Below are positions 29,011 through 38,810 of a stretch of 64,000 nucleotides of DNA, piece by piece. Origin of the DNA: a virus; the IMG/VR virus record IMGVR_UViG_3300035670_012130, positions 1-64,000 of that record; one strand, given 5' to 3'. Position 1 is the first letter of the stretch; each line of letters starts with the position of its first letter. Made by a program: the position numbers and the translations under genes. Below the pieces are notes generated by a model that was not told where the DNA came from, did no database searches, and saw only the letters and a program-made list of their open reading frames with translations.

Positions 29011-29690
29011 ACTTAACTTTGCAAACCATTCCTTCACCTGTTATATCAGAAATACTTTCAGATTCAAAACTTGATGGTATCGTTTTAGATACCGAGCATG
29101 GATGTTTCAATAATGAAACACTCTATAGTTGTATTCAAGTTATAACTCTATCAAATAAAAAATGCTTTGTTAGATTGACAGATTTCAATAAACAATTAAT
29201 TAGGATGTGCCTTGATGCTGGAGTTGATGGATTAATTTTTTCAACAATAGAAGATGAAAGCATAGCTTATAAGATTATCTATTATTGTAATTTTCCATCA
29301 AAATATGGCCAAAGAGGTTGCGGATTAGTTAGAGATAATAAATGGGGAAAATTACCTTTAGATCAAAAAAAACCAATTATTATTGCTCAAATTGAAACAA
29401 GTCAGGCCGTAGAAAATCTTGATAGCTTATTGAATGTACCCTTCGATTATTTCATAATTGGTCCATATGATTTATCATCTTCATTGGGTAAAGCTGGTGA
29501 TTTTGAATTCAAAACTTTCAAGAATTATATCGATATTATTTATAATAAAATTTCTCTTGATAAGTTAGGTTTATTTCTCCCTACTTTTGAGAATATGCAG
29601 ACATTATCTTTAGAAAAAAGACCAAAGTTGCTTATTTGGGGGATGGATACAAATTTTATCATTGACAGTATTGAAAGGATAAAAATATGA
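29007..29690 (+). CDS. HpcH/HpaI class II aldolase family protein
   Basis: LDTEHG, LDAGVDG, QIET..AVENLD, IGPYDLSSSLG. Confidence 0.88.
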   Translation: MNLTLQTIPSPVISEILSDSKLDGIVLDTEHGCFNNETLYSCIQVITLSNKKCFVRLTDFNKQLIRMCLDAGVDGLIFSTIEDESIAYKIIYYCNFPSKYGQRGCGLVRDNKWGKLPLDQKKPIIIAQIETSQAVENLDSLLNVPFDYFIIGPYDLSSSLGKAGDFEFKTFKNYIDIIYNKISLDKLGLFLPTFENMQTLSLEKRPKLLIWGMDTNFIIDSIERIKI

Positions 29691-30430
29691 ATGATTTGTT
29701 AGATAAACTTCGAGAAATTTCTAATCTTTACGGAGTTATTGGTATCAAGCAATCTTTTGAAGATGAAGGTGCATTACTAGAAGATGTTATTTCTGTCAGG
29801 CGAATTACTGAACTTTGTAATCTTTTATCTTTTGTGAAAGTGGGAGGTTGTGAAGCTAATACAGATATATACAACTGCCTCAAAATAGGTATAAATGGAA
29901 TTATTGCGCCTATGGTTGAAACACCTTTTGCAGTATCGAAATTTATGGATTGTTATGATAAAAAAGCACAATATTTTGTTGTTATAGAATCAAAAACTGC
30001 TTATGAAAACATTGATGACATTTTATCTATAGCTCATAATAAGTTGACAGGAATCATAGTAGGAAGATCAGACTTATCCAAATCATACAACTTGAATAAA
30101 AGTGAAGCTGACAGTGATTTTATACTTTCAATTACAGAAAATATTTTTGTAAAAGCAAAAAAGTATAATCTTTTGACTACATTAGGTGGTAATGTTTCTG
30201 TAAAAAGTTCAAAATTTATTGAAAAAATGTATCACCTTAATTTATTAAACAGAGTTGAAACTCGTAATGTTGTTATAGATTTAAACAACAATAATGTTAA
30301 TAAAATTGATTCAGTTATTCAAGAAGCAATAAACTTTGAAATTTTGCTTTTGAGAAATAAACTTCAAAATAGTTCTGCATTGATTGAAGACTATAAACGA
30401 AGAATTGATTTATTGAGCTCTAGAAAATAA
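29687..30430 (+). CDS. HpcH/citrate-lyase-beta family protein
   Basis: KQSFEDEG, VKVGGCEA..D, IIAPMVETPFA, IESKTA, VGRSDL. Confidence 0.8.
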   Translation: MNDLLDKLREISNLYGVIGIKQSFEDEGALLEDVISVRRITELCNLLSFVKVGGCEANTDIYNCLKIGINGIIAPMVETPFAVSKFMDCYDKKAQYFVVIESKTAYENIDDILSIAHNKLTGIIVGRSDLSKSYNLNKSEADSDFILSITENIFVKAKKYNLLTTLGGNVSVKSSKFIEKMYHLNLLNRVETRNVVIDLNNNNVNKIDSVIQEAINFEILLLRNKLQNSSALIEDYKRRIDLLSSRK

Positions 30431-31602
30431 TGAATAGATTTGAGAATTTAAAAAAAATTATTCAAGGCCAAAATTGTTTTAAGATGATTTGTGGTGCTGG
30501 AAACGAAGATACAAAACAGGTCAAAAAACTTGCTTTTGTTTATACTTTAGCTGGTACAAAAATTTTAGATGTTTCAGCAAATGTAGATGTAGTTAAAGCT
30601 GCAGTAGAAGGAATTAATTTAGCTTTTGATTATAGCTCGATTTTAGGAATTACCTTAGACACTAAACCTTATATTATGGTGAGTATTGGTATGCCAGGAG
30701 ATCATCATGTAAGAAAATCTTATATTGATCCTTACAAATGTATAGGATGTACTTTGTGTATTCCTGTTTGTCCAACTGATGCTATACCAAAGAATTTTGT
30801 CAAAGAATTAGATGTTTTCAAGCAATTAAATGGTTCTTTTGACGAACCTGATAGCTCTAAAGAAATTGTAATCAAAGATTTGTGTATTGGTTGTGGTAAA
30901 TGCAGCAATATTTGTCCCAAAGATGACATTATTTCATATAGACATAGCTTTAGAGAACTTTCTATTTTATTACCTCAATGTATGGAAGCAGGAGCAGAAC
31001 TTTTTGAGCTTCATGCTGCTGTAGGTGAAGATGATATTACTCTTCAAGAATGGAAGTTGATTTCTGAGATAAACAAAGAAAACTATAACTCAATGTGTTT
31101 AGACAGATTGAATCTTGGAAATTTAAAACTTGAACATAGAATTGACGAAGCTAGAAAAATTTCTGGCGACAAAATCATGGTACAAGCAGATGGCTATCCA
31201 ATGAGTGGTGGAGAAGATGACTATAACACTACTTTGCAAGCTGTTTCTTGTGCAGATGTTATAAACAAAAAATTCAACATGAAATTGAATAAGAAAAGAG
31301 AGATTGATATTTTAGGTAAAGAAAAAATCTCTGCTAAAAAAATCTACAAGTCTGCATCTGATCAATCAGTAATTCCAATCTTAATTTCTGGCGGGACAAA
31401 CTCATATTCTAAAGAATTAGCAAATTTATCAGGAGTAAGAATAAACGGTGTATCCATTGGTACATATGCTAGAGATCTTGTTGAAAAGTTTATTATAGAA
31501 GAGAATTTTTGGGATGATCATGATTTAATCAAATCCGCTTATTTAGCTGCTAGTGAATTAGTGATTAAGAGTAATAGGGTTTATGATGAAGAAAAAAGAT
31601 AG
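30430..31602 (+). CDS. ldpA: LdpA-like protein with two [4Fe-4S] motifs
   Basis: FKMICGAG, YTLAG..LDVSA, MVSIG..GDHHVRK, two CxxCxxCxxxCP motifs, QADGYPMSG, SGGTN, GTYAR. Confidence 0.8.
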   Translation: MNRFENLKKIIQGQNCFKMICGAGNEDTKQVKKLAFVYTLAGTKILDVSANVDVVKAAVEGINLAFDYSSILGITLDTKPYIMVSIGMPGDHHVRKSYIDPYKCIGCTLCIPVCPTDAIPKNFVKELDVFKQLNGSFDEPDSSKEIVIKDLCIGCGKCSNICPKDDIISYRHSFRELSILLPQCMEAGAELFELHAAVGEDDITLQEWKLISEINKENYNSMCLDRLNLGNLKLEHRIDEARKISGDKIMVQADGYPMSGGEDDYNTTLQAVSCADVINKKFNMKLNKKREIDILGKEKISAKKIYKSASDQSVIPILISGGTNSYSKELANLSGVRINGVSIGTYARDLVEKFIIEENFWDDHDLIKSAYLAASELVIKSNRVYDEEKR

Positions 31603-31966
31603 TTATGTTATTGCTGTAGATTTTGATGGAACTCTCTGTGAATACGCTTTTCCTAAAATTGGAGAGCAAAAGCAACATCACAAAGAACTTTTGAATTTAT
31701 TAATTGCAATGAGACAAAAAGGTCATAAACTAATTCTTTGGACTTGTCGTGGTGATAATGACGAATATCCTTGTTTAACAGAAGCCATCATGTGGTGTAA
31801 AAATCAAGGACTCGAGTTTGATGCAATAAATGAAAATATTATTGGAACTAAAAAACTTTCTGGTCCTAGTCCAAAAGTTGTAGCTGATTTTTATTTAGAC
31901 GACAAAGCATTAGTTTTTAATGATGAAAGTTTTATAAACACAATAAAATTTATTGAATCTATATAA
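31583..31966 (+). CDS. Small HAD-superfamily hydrolase
   Basis: IAVDFDGTL, LILWTCR, KVVADFYLDDKA. Confidence 0.85.
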   Translation: MMKKKDSYVIAVDFDGTLCEYAFPKIGEQKQHHKELLNLLIAMRQKGHKLILWTCRGDNDEYPCLTEAIMWCKNQGLEFDAINENIIGTKKLSGPSPKVVADFYLDDKALVFNDESFINTIKFIESI

Positions 31967-31992
31967 AAAAGATGCCATTTGGCCTCTTTTTT
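31965..31992. terminator. Bidirectional terminator between convergent operons
   Basis: aaaaaaga-t-gcc-attt-ggc-c-tctttttt. Confidence 0.6.
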
Positions 31993-31994
31993 AT

Positions 31995-32285
31995 TTAAAA
32001 TGGAACTTTACCTCTAAGTATATCCCACAGCATTATCCAATCACTAATTTTTGCTTTCACTGGATCTTTGAATGCAGCTGGTTGATTTTTTTCAAAGAAA
32101 TAATGACCAGACCATGCAAAAGGGTAAACAACAAATGGTGTTAGCAATAAGAACCAATAATATCCAAACTTCAAACAAAAAACAACCCACAAAATAGTCA
32201 TGAATTGTCCTAATACATGTAATCTTCTGCAAATCTTATTTTGATGCAGAGTAAGATACATCTCATAATATTCTTTCATATTCAT
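31995..32285 (-). CDS. DUF962/Mpo1-like small membrane protein
   Basis: YLTLHQNKICRRLHVLG..YPFAWSGHYFFEKNQPAAF; ATGA overlap at 32285 gives the likely start. Confidence 0.85.
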   Translation of the reverse strand: MNMKEYYEMYLTLHQNKICRRLHVLGQFMTILWVVFCLKFGYYWFLLLTPFVVYPFAWSGHYFFEKNQPAAFKDPVKAKISDWIMLWDILRGKVPF

Positions 32286-33052
32286 ATAGTACAAACTCCT
32301 AATTTTTGAACAACTTTGGTAGCACATTCTTGAGCAAATTTAATTGCTAAGTCAATGTCATTAGTTCTTGAAAATTCACATGTCAATGCAGAGATGAATG
32401 TATCTCCAGCGCCAGACATATCTTTGCAGTTGACTCTTTCAACTGGAAACATTTTACCTTGAAATTCACATCCTTTATCAGAATGAGTTATTATCAACTT
32501 GTTATATAGATTTAAATTATCAATAGTGTGTTTGGTTTTATCGAATTCAACATGGTTTATCTTAATAAAATCACAAGAAGTGCACCATGTTCCTAAAATT
32601 TTCTTAGTATCAAGAAAAACATTTTTATTATGATGACTGATTTCCCAAATATGATCTTCTGACAAAAACCCCTTACAATAATCACTTATTATTATAGAAT
32701 CGTAATGTACTCCATCATAAAAATTGTCAATAATTTCTTCAATAACTTCAAAATTTAATGCAGAGACTTTTTGTTCTTCATCCACTCTTATCAGGAGACT
32801 ATTAGTACGCTCATCTACTAATCTGGTCTTAACAATATTTTCTGGTTGAGTTATAAGAGTTACTTTTGCACCAATAGCTTCAATATTTGCTTTTACATTC
32901 AGTGCCATACCACCATTTAATTTTGTTTCAATAGGATTGAATACTGGAGCTGGACCTTCTGGAGCTAATCTAGGTACATGTCCATATGTAAAAACATCAG
33001 TACAAGAATCTCCTATCACTAGAATGTTGATATGATTATATAATTCTTTCAT
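32282..33052 (-). CDS. PfkB-family sugar kinase, RfaE/HldE domain I-like (heptose-7-phosphate kinase)
   Basis: LVIGDSCTD..YG...RLAPEGPAPV, ISDYCKG, DMSGAGDTF. Confidence 0.85.
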   Translation of the reverse strand: MKELYNHINILVIGDSCTDVFTYGHVPRLAPEGPAPVFNPIETKLNGGMALNVKANIEAIGAKVTLITQPENIVKTRLVDERTNSLLIRVDEEQKVSALNFEVIEEIIDNFYDGVHYDSIIISDYCKGFLSEDHIWEISHHNKNVFLDTKKILGTWCTSCDFIKINHVEFDKTKHTIDNLNLYNKLIITHSDKGCEFQGKMFPVERVNCKDMSGAGDTFISALTCEFSRTNDIDLAIKFAQECATKVVQKLGVCTI

Positions 33053-33558
33053 AATAATAGTGTATTTTTATCTCTTTCAGATAAAATTGGATTATCTGAT
33101 ATCCAATTTATACCTATTTTGGGATCAGACCAATAAACAGATTTTTGATCTTTCACATCAGGATAATCACCATCATAACTCCACTTATAGTGAAAAATAG
33201 CTTTATCACTCAGAACTAAATGGCCATTCAAAAATCCTGGAGGAACAAGTACGCTCAATTTTTCCTTACTATCAGCATCTAAAATAAAATCAGTCCAAGA
33301 TAAATATTCAGAACATTCTTTGTCAAAATTTACAATAACTAATTGAATTTTTCCATATAAACAAGTAATTAATTTCCACGATTTATCAGTATGCAAACCT
33401 CTCAATACATTTTTATTAGAAGTAGCTACCTTGTCATGATTGAAATTCAATGAAGCAGTGTCGCTGTCTTTCCATATGGTAAACAATTCACCACGTTCAT
33501 CAATAAATGAATCTTTGGTAAAAACTGTCACTCCGGAAAGACAATCAACTCTAGCCAT
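33049..33558 (-). CDS. rfbC: dTDP-4-dehydrorhamnose 3,5-epimerase family
   Basis: DERGELF, NVLRGLH, VPPGFLNGH, WSDPKIGINW..PILSERD. Confidence 0.88.
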   Translation of the reverse strand: MARVDCLSGVTVFTKDSFIDERGELFTIWKDSDTASLNFNHDKVATSNKNVLRGLHTDKSWKLITCLYGKIQLVIVNFDKECSEYLSWTDFILDADSKEKLSVLVPPGFLNGHLVLSDKAIFHYKWSYDGDYPDVKDQKSVYWSDPKIGINWISDNPILSERDKNTLLL

Positions 33559-34720
33559 TTAATACCTCAAGAAGTTTGGTAATTTTTTCTTTTTCAAGCC
33601 CTGGATAATTGCCTATGTACCAAGAAAAATTATGTAAATGTTCAATATTTGGAAAGTTAGAAAAATCATTATAAATAGACTTGAAAAATGGTTGCCTCAT
33701 TTGATTTCCACCACCAGAAAGTCCACGTCTAAATTCAATTCCATTATTTCTAAGCTTTCTTTCAACTTCATTACGTTTTGTAAAATCAGCGTCTTTCAAG
33801 ATTACAATAAAAGCGTAGTTACAATTTCCTTCAGTATTTAAGGCGATATGATACTTTTCAGGATCTAAATTCGAGATAAATATATCAAAATTTTCTCTTC
33901 TTTCTTGATTTTTATTATCTAGTTTTTTGAGCTGTGAAAGTCCAATTACAGCATTAATTTCTGTGCTTCTAAAATTGTGTGCTGGACGTAAGAAAATAAA
34001 GTCAGGATTTAAATCAGGATTGTCCATTGCTATTGAAATCTTCATGGAATCACTAGTCATTTCTCTAGTCATTCCATGTGATCGTAATGCCCTGCAAATT
34101 TGATAAAACTCCCAATTATTAGTAGAAATCATCCCGCCTTCAATTGTGGACATATGGTGAGCAAAATAAAAACTGAAATTACTTGCGAATCCAAAATTAC
34201 CCACTTTACATCCTTGGAAAGTTGTGCCGTGAGATTCGCATACATCTTCAATTAGTAGAATATTTTTTTGTTCACAGATTTCTAAAAGCTCATCTGTAAG
34301 ACCATTGATACCTAACACATGTGTAAGAAAAATAGCTTTAGTATTTTCAGTAATTGCATCTTTCAACTTATCAATATCAAATGACAAATTGGTAAAATTA
34401 ACGTCAACAAAAACTAATTTATGACCAGCAAATAAGACGGAAGAAATGTCTGAAATCCAAGTTAAAGGTGGAACAATAATTTCACCTTCACCAATTAAAT
34501 GTGATATGGCAAGCATTGTTAATTCATTAGCTGATGCTCCTGAATTTACAAATAAATTATATTTTGTTCCAAGCCATTCGCCCCAAGACTTTTCAAATTC
34601 GGCAACCTTAGGTCCATTTGTCAATTTTGGAATTGCGTCTTGAGACAAAAAATCTATTACAGAATTTATATCTTCTTTGTCAATATTATCATTCATCAAT
34701 GGCAAGAAAAATTTATTCAT
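33551..34720 (-). CDS. DegT/DnrJ-family PLP enzyme, ColD-like 3-dehydratase
   Basis: VNSGASAN, EDVCESHG, FSFYFAHHMSTIEGGM (His at the PLP-Lys position, no Fe-S motif). Confidence 0.8.
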   Translation of the reverse strand: MNKFFLPLMNDNIDKEDINSVIDFLSQDAIPKLTNGPKVAEFEKSWGEWLGTKYNLFVNSGASANELTMLAISHLIGEGEIIVPPLTWISDISSVLFAGHKLVFVDVNFTNLSFDIDKLKDAITENTKAIFLTHVLGINGLTDELLEICEQKNILLIEDVCESHGTTFQGCKVGNFGFASNFSFYFAHHMSTIEGGMISTNNWEFYQICRALRSHGMTREMTSDSMKISIAMDNPDLNPDFIFLRPAHNFRSTEINAVIGLSQLKKLDNKNQERRENFDIFISNLDPEKYHIALNTEGNCNYAFIVILKDADFTKRNEVERKLRNNGIEFRRGLSGGGNQMRQPFFKSIYNDFSNFPNIEHLHNFSWYIGNYPGLEKEKITKLLEVLNG

Positions 34721-34721
34721 T

Positions 34722-35258
34722 TTATTTCTCGTTATAAAAATCGCCCCATTCAACTAAAATTGTCGGCCTATTGTCTGTACGCAAATATGCATATTGATAA
34801 GCTTCAAATATTTGATTAGGCTCATCCAATCTAATTATATCTACAAAATCACACATTGCTTTGAAACCACCTGTAAAATCAGCAATATGTTGATGTTGAG
34901 GATGTAATGGTCTTTGAGATCCAATCGATGTTCTTATGATGATTTTAGGCGTGTATCCACCATCAGACATAACTTTGATTTTATCTACATGATTTACAAG
35001 TTGATTAGCAGCAAGTAATAGAAAATTCCAACGAGGATATAGCGAAACTGGAACAGTGCCATTAAGTGCTATTCCCAATGTAATTCCCATTTGCATATCT
35101 TCATTTACAGGCATTTCTAAAAGTTTGCTTTTATCAATACCGCTAAGAGTATTTGTCATTGCAGTACCTGGATATTCAACAGCTTGACCAAGAAACAATG
35201 TGTCTTGTTGAGCACCAAGCCATTCCATAGATCTTTTTAATTCATCGAAATATTTCAT
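34722..35258 (-). CDS. Transketolase/PDH E1-beta pyrimidine-binding domain protein (short)
   Basis: FLGQAV, EMPVNEDMQMGITLGIALNG, NQLVNH, QH; only 178 aa. Confidence 0.85.
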   Translation of the reverse strand: MKYFDELKRSMEWLGAQQDTLFLGQAVEYPGTAMTNTLSGIDKSKLLEMPVNEDMQMGITLGIALNGTVPVSLYPRWNFLLLAANQLVNHVDKIKVMSDGGYTPKIIIRTSIGSQRPLHPQHQHIADFTGGFKAMCDFVDIIRLDEPNQIFEAYQYAYLRTDNRPTILVEWGDFYNEK

Positions 35259-35863
35259 TAAAATTGGATCCTTTTTCCAGCTCCAGCATGTGGATATTTA
35301 GATTGATAACTGTAATAAATAATCTTTTTTTCGTTGCAATTGAATGCCAAAGTGTCAGAATTCCAAACTTTTCTAGTATCTGTGCAAACTGACTTGTTAT
35401 TGTCTTCAACTACAAATGTGATTGGTAAATCATGATTCAAGGCATATTTATAATTTTCAAAAAATGTACCTGTTTCTGAAGCCATATCACCAACAAAACA
35501 CCAAACATGATTTGTTTGATTTTTTCTTTTTATATCAAGTGCGACACCAGTGGCAATTGGGATGCTTCCAGTTACAATAGCTGAAGAATAAATGTTGTAA
35601 TCAGGATAGCAAAGTGTAATTGATTTTCCGCTAACTATATCTGCCATAAGGCGTTCTTGAGGAACGCCTTTGAGCAAACACTGGTAATGAGATCGCCAAG
35701 TGCAAAAAATCCAATCTTCATCTTTGACATTATTGAAAACTTCAATAATTTGCTTTTCATTACCATCGTAAAGATGAACTGGCGACTTGATTACTCCACT
35801 GTTGAATGTTTCAGCAACTTTTGTTTCAAAATCTACGAGTTCTTCGGGCGTATATTTTTTCAT
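35258..35863 (-). CDS. PDH E1-alpha-like ThDP-binding subunit (short)
   Basis: PVHLYDGNE, TWRSHY, SSAIVTGSIPIATG, GDMASETG..VVEDNN; 201 aa. Confidence 0.85.
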   Translation of the reverse strand: MKKYTPEELVDFETKVAETFNSGVIKSPVHLYDGNEKQIIEVFNNVKDEDWIFCTWRSHYQCLLKGVPQERLMADIVSGKSITLCYPDYNIYSSAIVTGSIPIATGVALDIKRKNQTNHVWCFVGDMASETGTFFENYKYALNHDLPITFVVEDNNKSVCTDTRKVWNSDTLAFNCNEKKIIYYSYQSKYPHAGAGKRIQF

Positions 35864-36819
35864 TTATTTAAGTAATTCTCTTGATACCATGCAACAGTTT
35901 TTTCAATACCTTCTTGAAAGGTAAATTGAGGCTGAAAACCCAATTCAGTTGTAATTCTTTCAGTGCTAACCATTCTAAAAGGAATGGTTGTAGGTTTAGA
36001 ATTATCCCAAACAATTTCAGGTGTTTTACCAGTAGCTAATAAAATCGAGTCTAAAATTTCACCAATTGTGATTGTTTTGCCCATTCCAACATTGTATGGT
36101 CTCATTGGAGTGCCTTTTTCAAGTACCAACAAAGCTGCATTAACAACATCTTCAACATACAAGAAATCTCTTACAACATCAGGACTACCCCAAGCTGTAA
36201 ATGGGTTTTCATCTGTAAGCACTCTGTTGATTAAAGCTGGAACAACATGACAGGTTTTGGTATCAAAATTATCATAAGGTCCAAAAATTGCTGTACCTCT
36301 AGTGAGCATAATTTCTAAGTCAGAAAATTTTGAAACATGCTCCATAAGCTTTTCACGGTATCTACGCATCCATCCATAGCCGTAATATGCTTTGTAAGGC
36401 TCATCGTCCCAATATTCTTCTTCAGTGATTGGATAACGTCTGTCTGGATATCCTGTTGAACTATTTAAGTCAAGGAATCTTTTTACGCCAGTCTTATTAC
36501 AAGCATCAAGCACATTTCCCAAAACATTAATGTTTTGAATAGAAATTTGTATATCAGTAGGGACAGTAGAAGGATGAGCAATATTTCCTCCACTGTGAAT
36601 GACATAATCAGCACCATCAACTAACTTGATACAATCATCCAAGTTTGTCAAATCACAAAATGGCATGACAGTAATATTTTCAACTTTTGTTTGCAAAGGT
36701 TTGTGATGAATGTGAGTAAAAACATTTGCACCACGCTTCACAAGCCCCTCAATATAATTGCTGCCTAAAAATCCACTACCACCAGTTACAACTACTTTTT
36801 TACCTTCAAAAAAACTCAT
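35860..36819 (-). CDS. NAD(P)-dependent nucleotide-sugar epimerase/reductase (GDP-fucose synthase-like)
   Basis: TGGSGFLG, FGPYDNF...HVVPALI, WGSPDVVRDFLYVED. Confidence 0.85.
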   Translation of the reverse strand: MSFFEGKKVVVTGGSGFLGSNYIEGLVKRGANVFTHIHHKPLQTKVENITVMPFCDLTNLDDCIKLVDGADYVIHSGGNIAHPSTVPTDIQISIQNINVLGNVLDACNKTGVKRFLDLNSSTGYPDRRYPITEEEYWDDEPYKAYYGYGWMRRYREKLMEHVSKFSDLEIMLTRGTAIFGPYDNFDTKTCHVVPALINRVLTDENPFTAWGSPDVVRDFLYVEDVVNAALLVLEKGTPMRPYNVGMGKTITIGEILDSILLATGKTPEIVWDNSKPTTIPFRMVSTERITTELGFQPQFTFQEGIEKTVAWYQENYLNK

Positions 36820-36828
36820 TTTTTAACC

Positions 36829-37800
36829 TCAATGATTTACAAATACATTATAGCGCTGATCGATAGAATTTTTATTATTCTTAAACCATTCAGTTACTAT
36901 TTGAATTCCATCCGATAAAGATGTGCGAGACTTGATACCATAACTTTCTGCTCTTTCAGTAGACATGATTCTGATAGCATCTCCATTTGGTTTATCTGAC
37001 ATCCATTTGACTTCTAAATTTTTTCCTGAGTGTTTCACAACCATTTCAACCACCTCTTTGATTGTAAATCCTTTGCCAGATCCAAGATTAATAGGCTCAG
37101 TGACTCGTTTTTCAACACATTGAATCATAGCACTAGCTACGTCATCAGCAAAGATAAAATCTCTAATTGGAGTTCCATCTCCCCAAACTTCCAAAACATC
37201 ATTTTCTTGAGCTTTTCTAATTAGTGAAGGAACAACCATGGAATTAACTGGGTTGAAATTATCGTATTTTCCAAAAATATTAGCTGGTCTTACGATAGAA
37301 ATATTATTAGATCCATATTGAATTGCATATGCTTCAGCTTGCAATTCTCCTATTCTTTTAGCCCAGCCAGCAAACTTATCGTTTGGTGATGGAAAAGTTT
37401 TCCAAACGTCATCTTCGTAAAAAACATCTGCTGGAGAATACACACCAACCGAACTTGTATACAAATACCACTTTACATTAGTTTTTCTAGCAGCTTCCAT
37501 CATATTTGTGTTAAATTGAAGCATTGGAACCATAAAATCTGCTGGTTGCTCTGCGCAAGCTTTGGGTGATCCTTTGACTCCGATAATATTAAAAACATAA
37601 TCTTTATCTTTGCAAATTTCTTCACAAACATCCAAATATCTCAAGTCTCCTTTGGTGTACTTCACTTCAGGCTCAAGATCTGCAGGTTTATGCAAATCAG
37701 CAATTTCAACTTCTGCCCCAAGACTTAAGAGCTTTGAAACTAAAGCTCTTCCTACCATACCTGCTCCGCCAGTCACTAAAACTTTTTGGTTATTAAACAT
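36829..37800 (-). CDS. NAD(P)-dependent nucleotide-sugar epimerase/reductase
   Basis: TGGAGMVG, RPANIFGKYDNF, WGDGTPIRDFIFADD. Confidence 0.85.
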   Translation of the reverse strand: MFNNQKVLVTGGAGMVGRALVSKLLSLGAEVEIADLHKPADLEPEVKYTKGDLRYLDVCEEICKDKDYVFNIIGVKGSPKACAEQPADFMVPMLQFNTNMMEAARKTNVKWYLYTSSVGVYSPADVFYEDDVWKTFPSPNDKFAGWAKRIGELQAEAYAIQYGSNNISIVRPANIFGKYDNFNPVNSMVVPSLIRKAQENDVLEVWGDGTPIRDFIFADDVASAMIQCVEKRVTEPINLGSGKGFTIKEVVEMVVKHSGKNLEVKWMSDKPNGDAIRIMSTERAESYGIKSRTSLSDGIQIVTEWFKNNKNSIDQRYNVFVNH

Positions 37801-37808
37801 TTTATTTC

Positions 37809-38747
37809 CTATAAATTGGTGAAATCTTTATTTTTGAAATTCGAAATCATTTTGTATGCGCTTAGAAGTTCTTGTATTCCAGCATCTAATGAATAATCGC
37901 AATACCATCCTGTTTTTTCAATCTTTTCATTTGAAACAATATAATTACGTTTATCAAAATCTTCTTTAAACTGTTCCTCAATGATAACTAAATTAGGAAC
38001 GTACTCTTTGACTTTTTGAGCGAGTTGAAGCTTTGACATATTTGCAGAAGTAAGGCCTACATTGAAAGCATTGTTGTTGCAAGTTTCATAATTTTCTATC
38101 AAATGAAGAAAAGCTTTTGCCACATCCCTGACATGAACATAGTTTCTCAAAAAATGTGATTCAAAAAGAACTAAAAATTCATCAGTGAAAGCTCTGTAAA
38201 CAAAGTCATTGACAAGTAGATCCATTCTTTGTCTGTAGGAAACTCCAAATACTGTAGCAAGTCTTAATGAAATTCCATTACCTGATTCTAAAACACGCTT
38301 TTCAGCATCGCATTTTGTTTTTGCATAAAGAGAAAGAGGATTGAATGGACTTTCTTCTGTGATGATTGTTTCAGAACTTCCATATTGAGAATTTGTATTA
38401 GGAACTAACAATTTCTGACTTGGCTGAATTATCTCAAGGATGTTTTTAATTTGTTGATAATTTACAGCAACTGTTAGATCTGGATCTTTTTTACACGCTG
38501 GCATTCCTACAATAGCAGCTAAAGGAATAACGATGTCATGAGTTTCTACCAGACCACTAAGAAGTTTGGTATCTCGCACATCGCCAACAATAAGATTGAA
38601 ATTTTTATTATGACAAAACTGAGTTAAGGATAACTGTTTGTATGTCAAGTTGTCTAAAACAGTAACTGAATAGTCTTTAGACAGTAAAACTTCAGTAAGA
38701 ATAGAACCAAGGTATCCAGCTCCACCTGTTATTAATACTTTTTTCAT
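37809..38747 (-). CDS. NAD-dependent epimerase/dehydratase
   Basis: TGGAGYLG, LAAIVGMPAC, YAKTK, LRLATVFG. Confidence 0.88.
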   Translation of the reverse strand: MKKVLITGGAGYLGSILTEVLLSKDYSVTVLDNLTYKQLSLTQFCHNKNFNLIVGDVRDTKLLSGLVETHDIVIPLAAIVGMPACKKDPDLTVAVNYQQIKNILEIIQPSQKLLVPNTNSQYGSSETIITEESPFNPLSLYAKTKCDAEKRVLESGNGISLRLATVFGVSYRQRMDLLVNDFVYRAFTDEFLVLFESHFLRNYVHVRDVAKAFLHLIENYETCNNNAFNVGLTSANMSKLQLAQKVKEYVPNLVIIEEQFKEDFDKRNYIVSNEKIEKTGWYCDYSLDAGIQELLSAYKMISNFKNKDFTNL

Positions 38748-38810
38748 ATAAGATAATTATACCAACGATTGATTTGCGATATAGTTTTATTTTGATGGTA
38801 TAAATTAGAT
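38748..38810. promoter_or_regulatory. Back-to-back divergent leaderless-type promoters
   Basis: (-) TGGTATAAT 8 nt before ATG 38747; (+) TGGTATAAA 6 nt before ATG 38811. Confidence 0.65.

Noticed and set aside
27223-35863. Acetolactate synthase and pyruvate dehydrogenase as central-metabolism auxiliary genes
   Set aside because: No ilvN/ilvC or E2/E3 genes, the E1 subunits are truncated, and the neighbours are mostly nucleotide-sugar enzymes.
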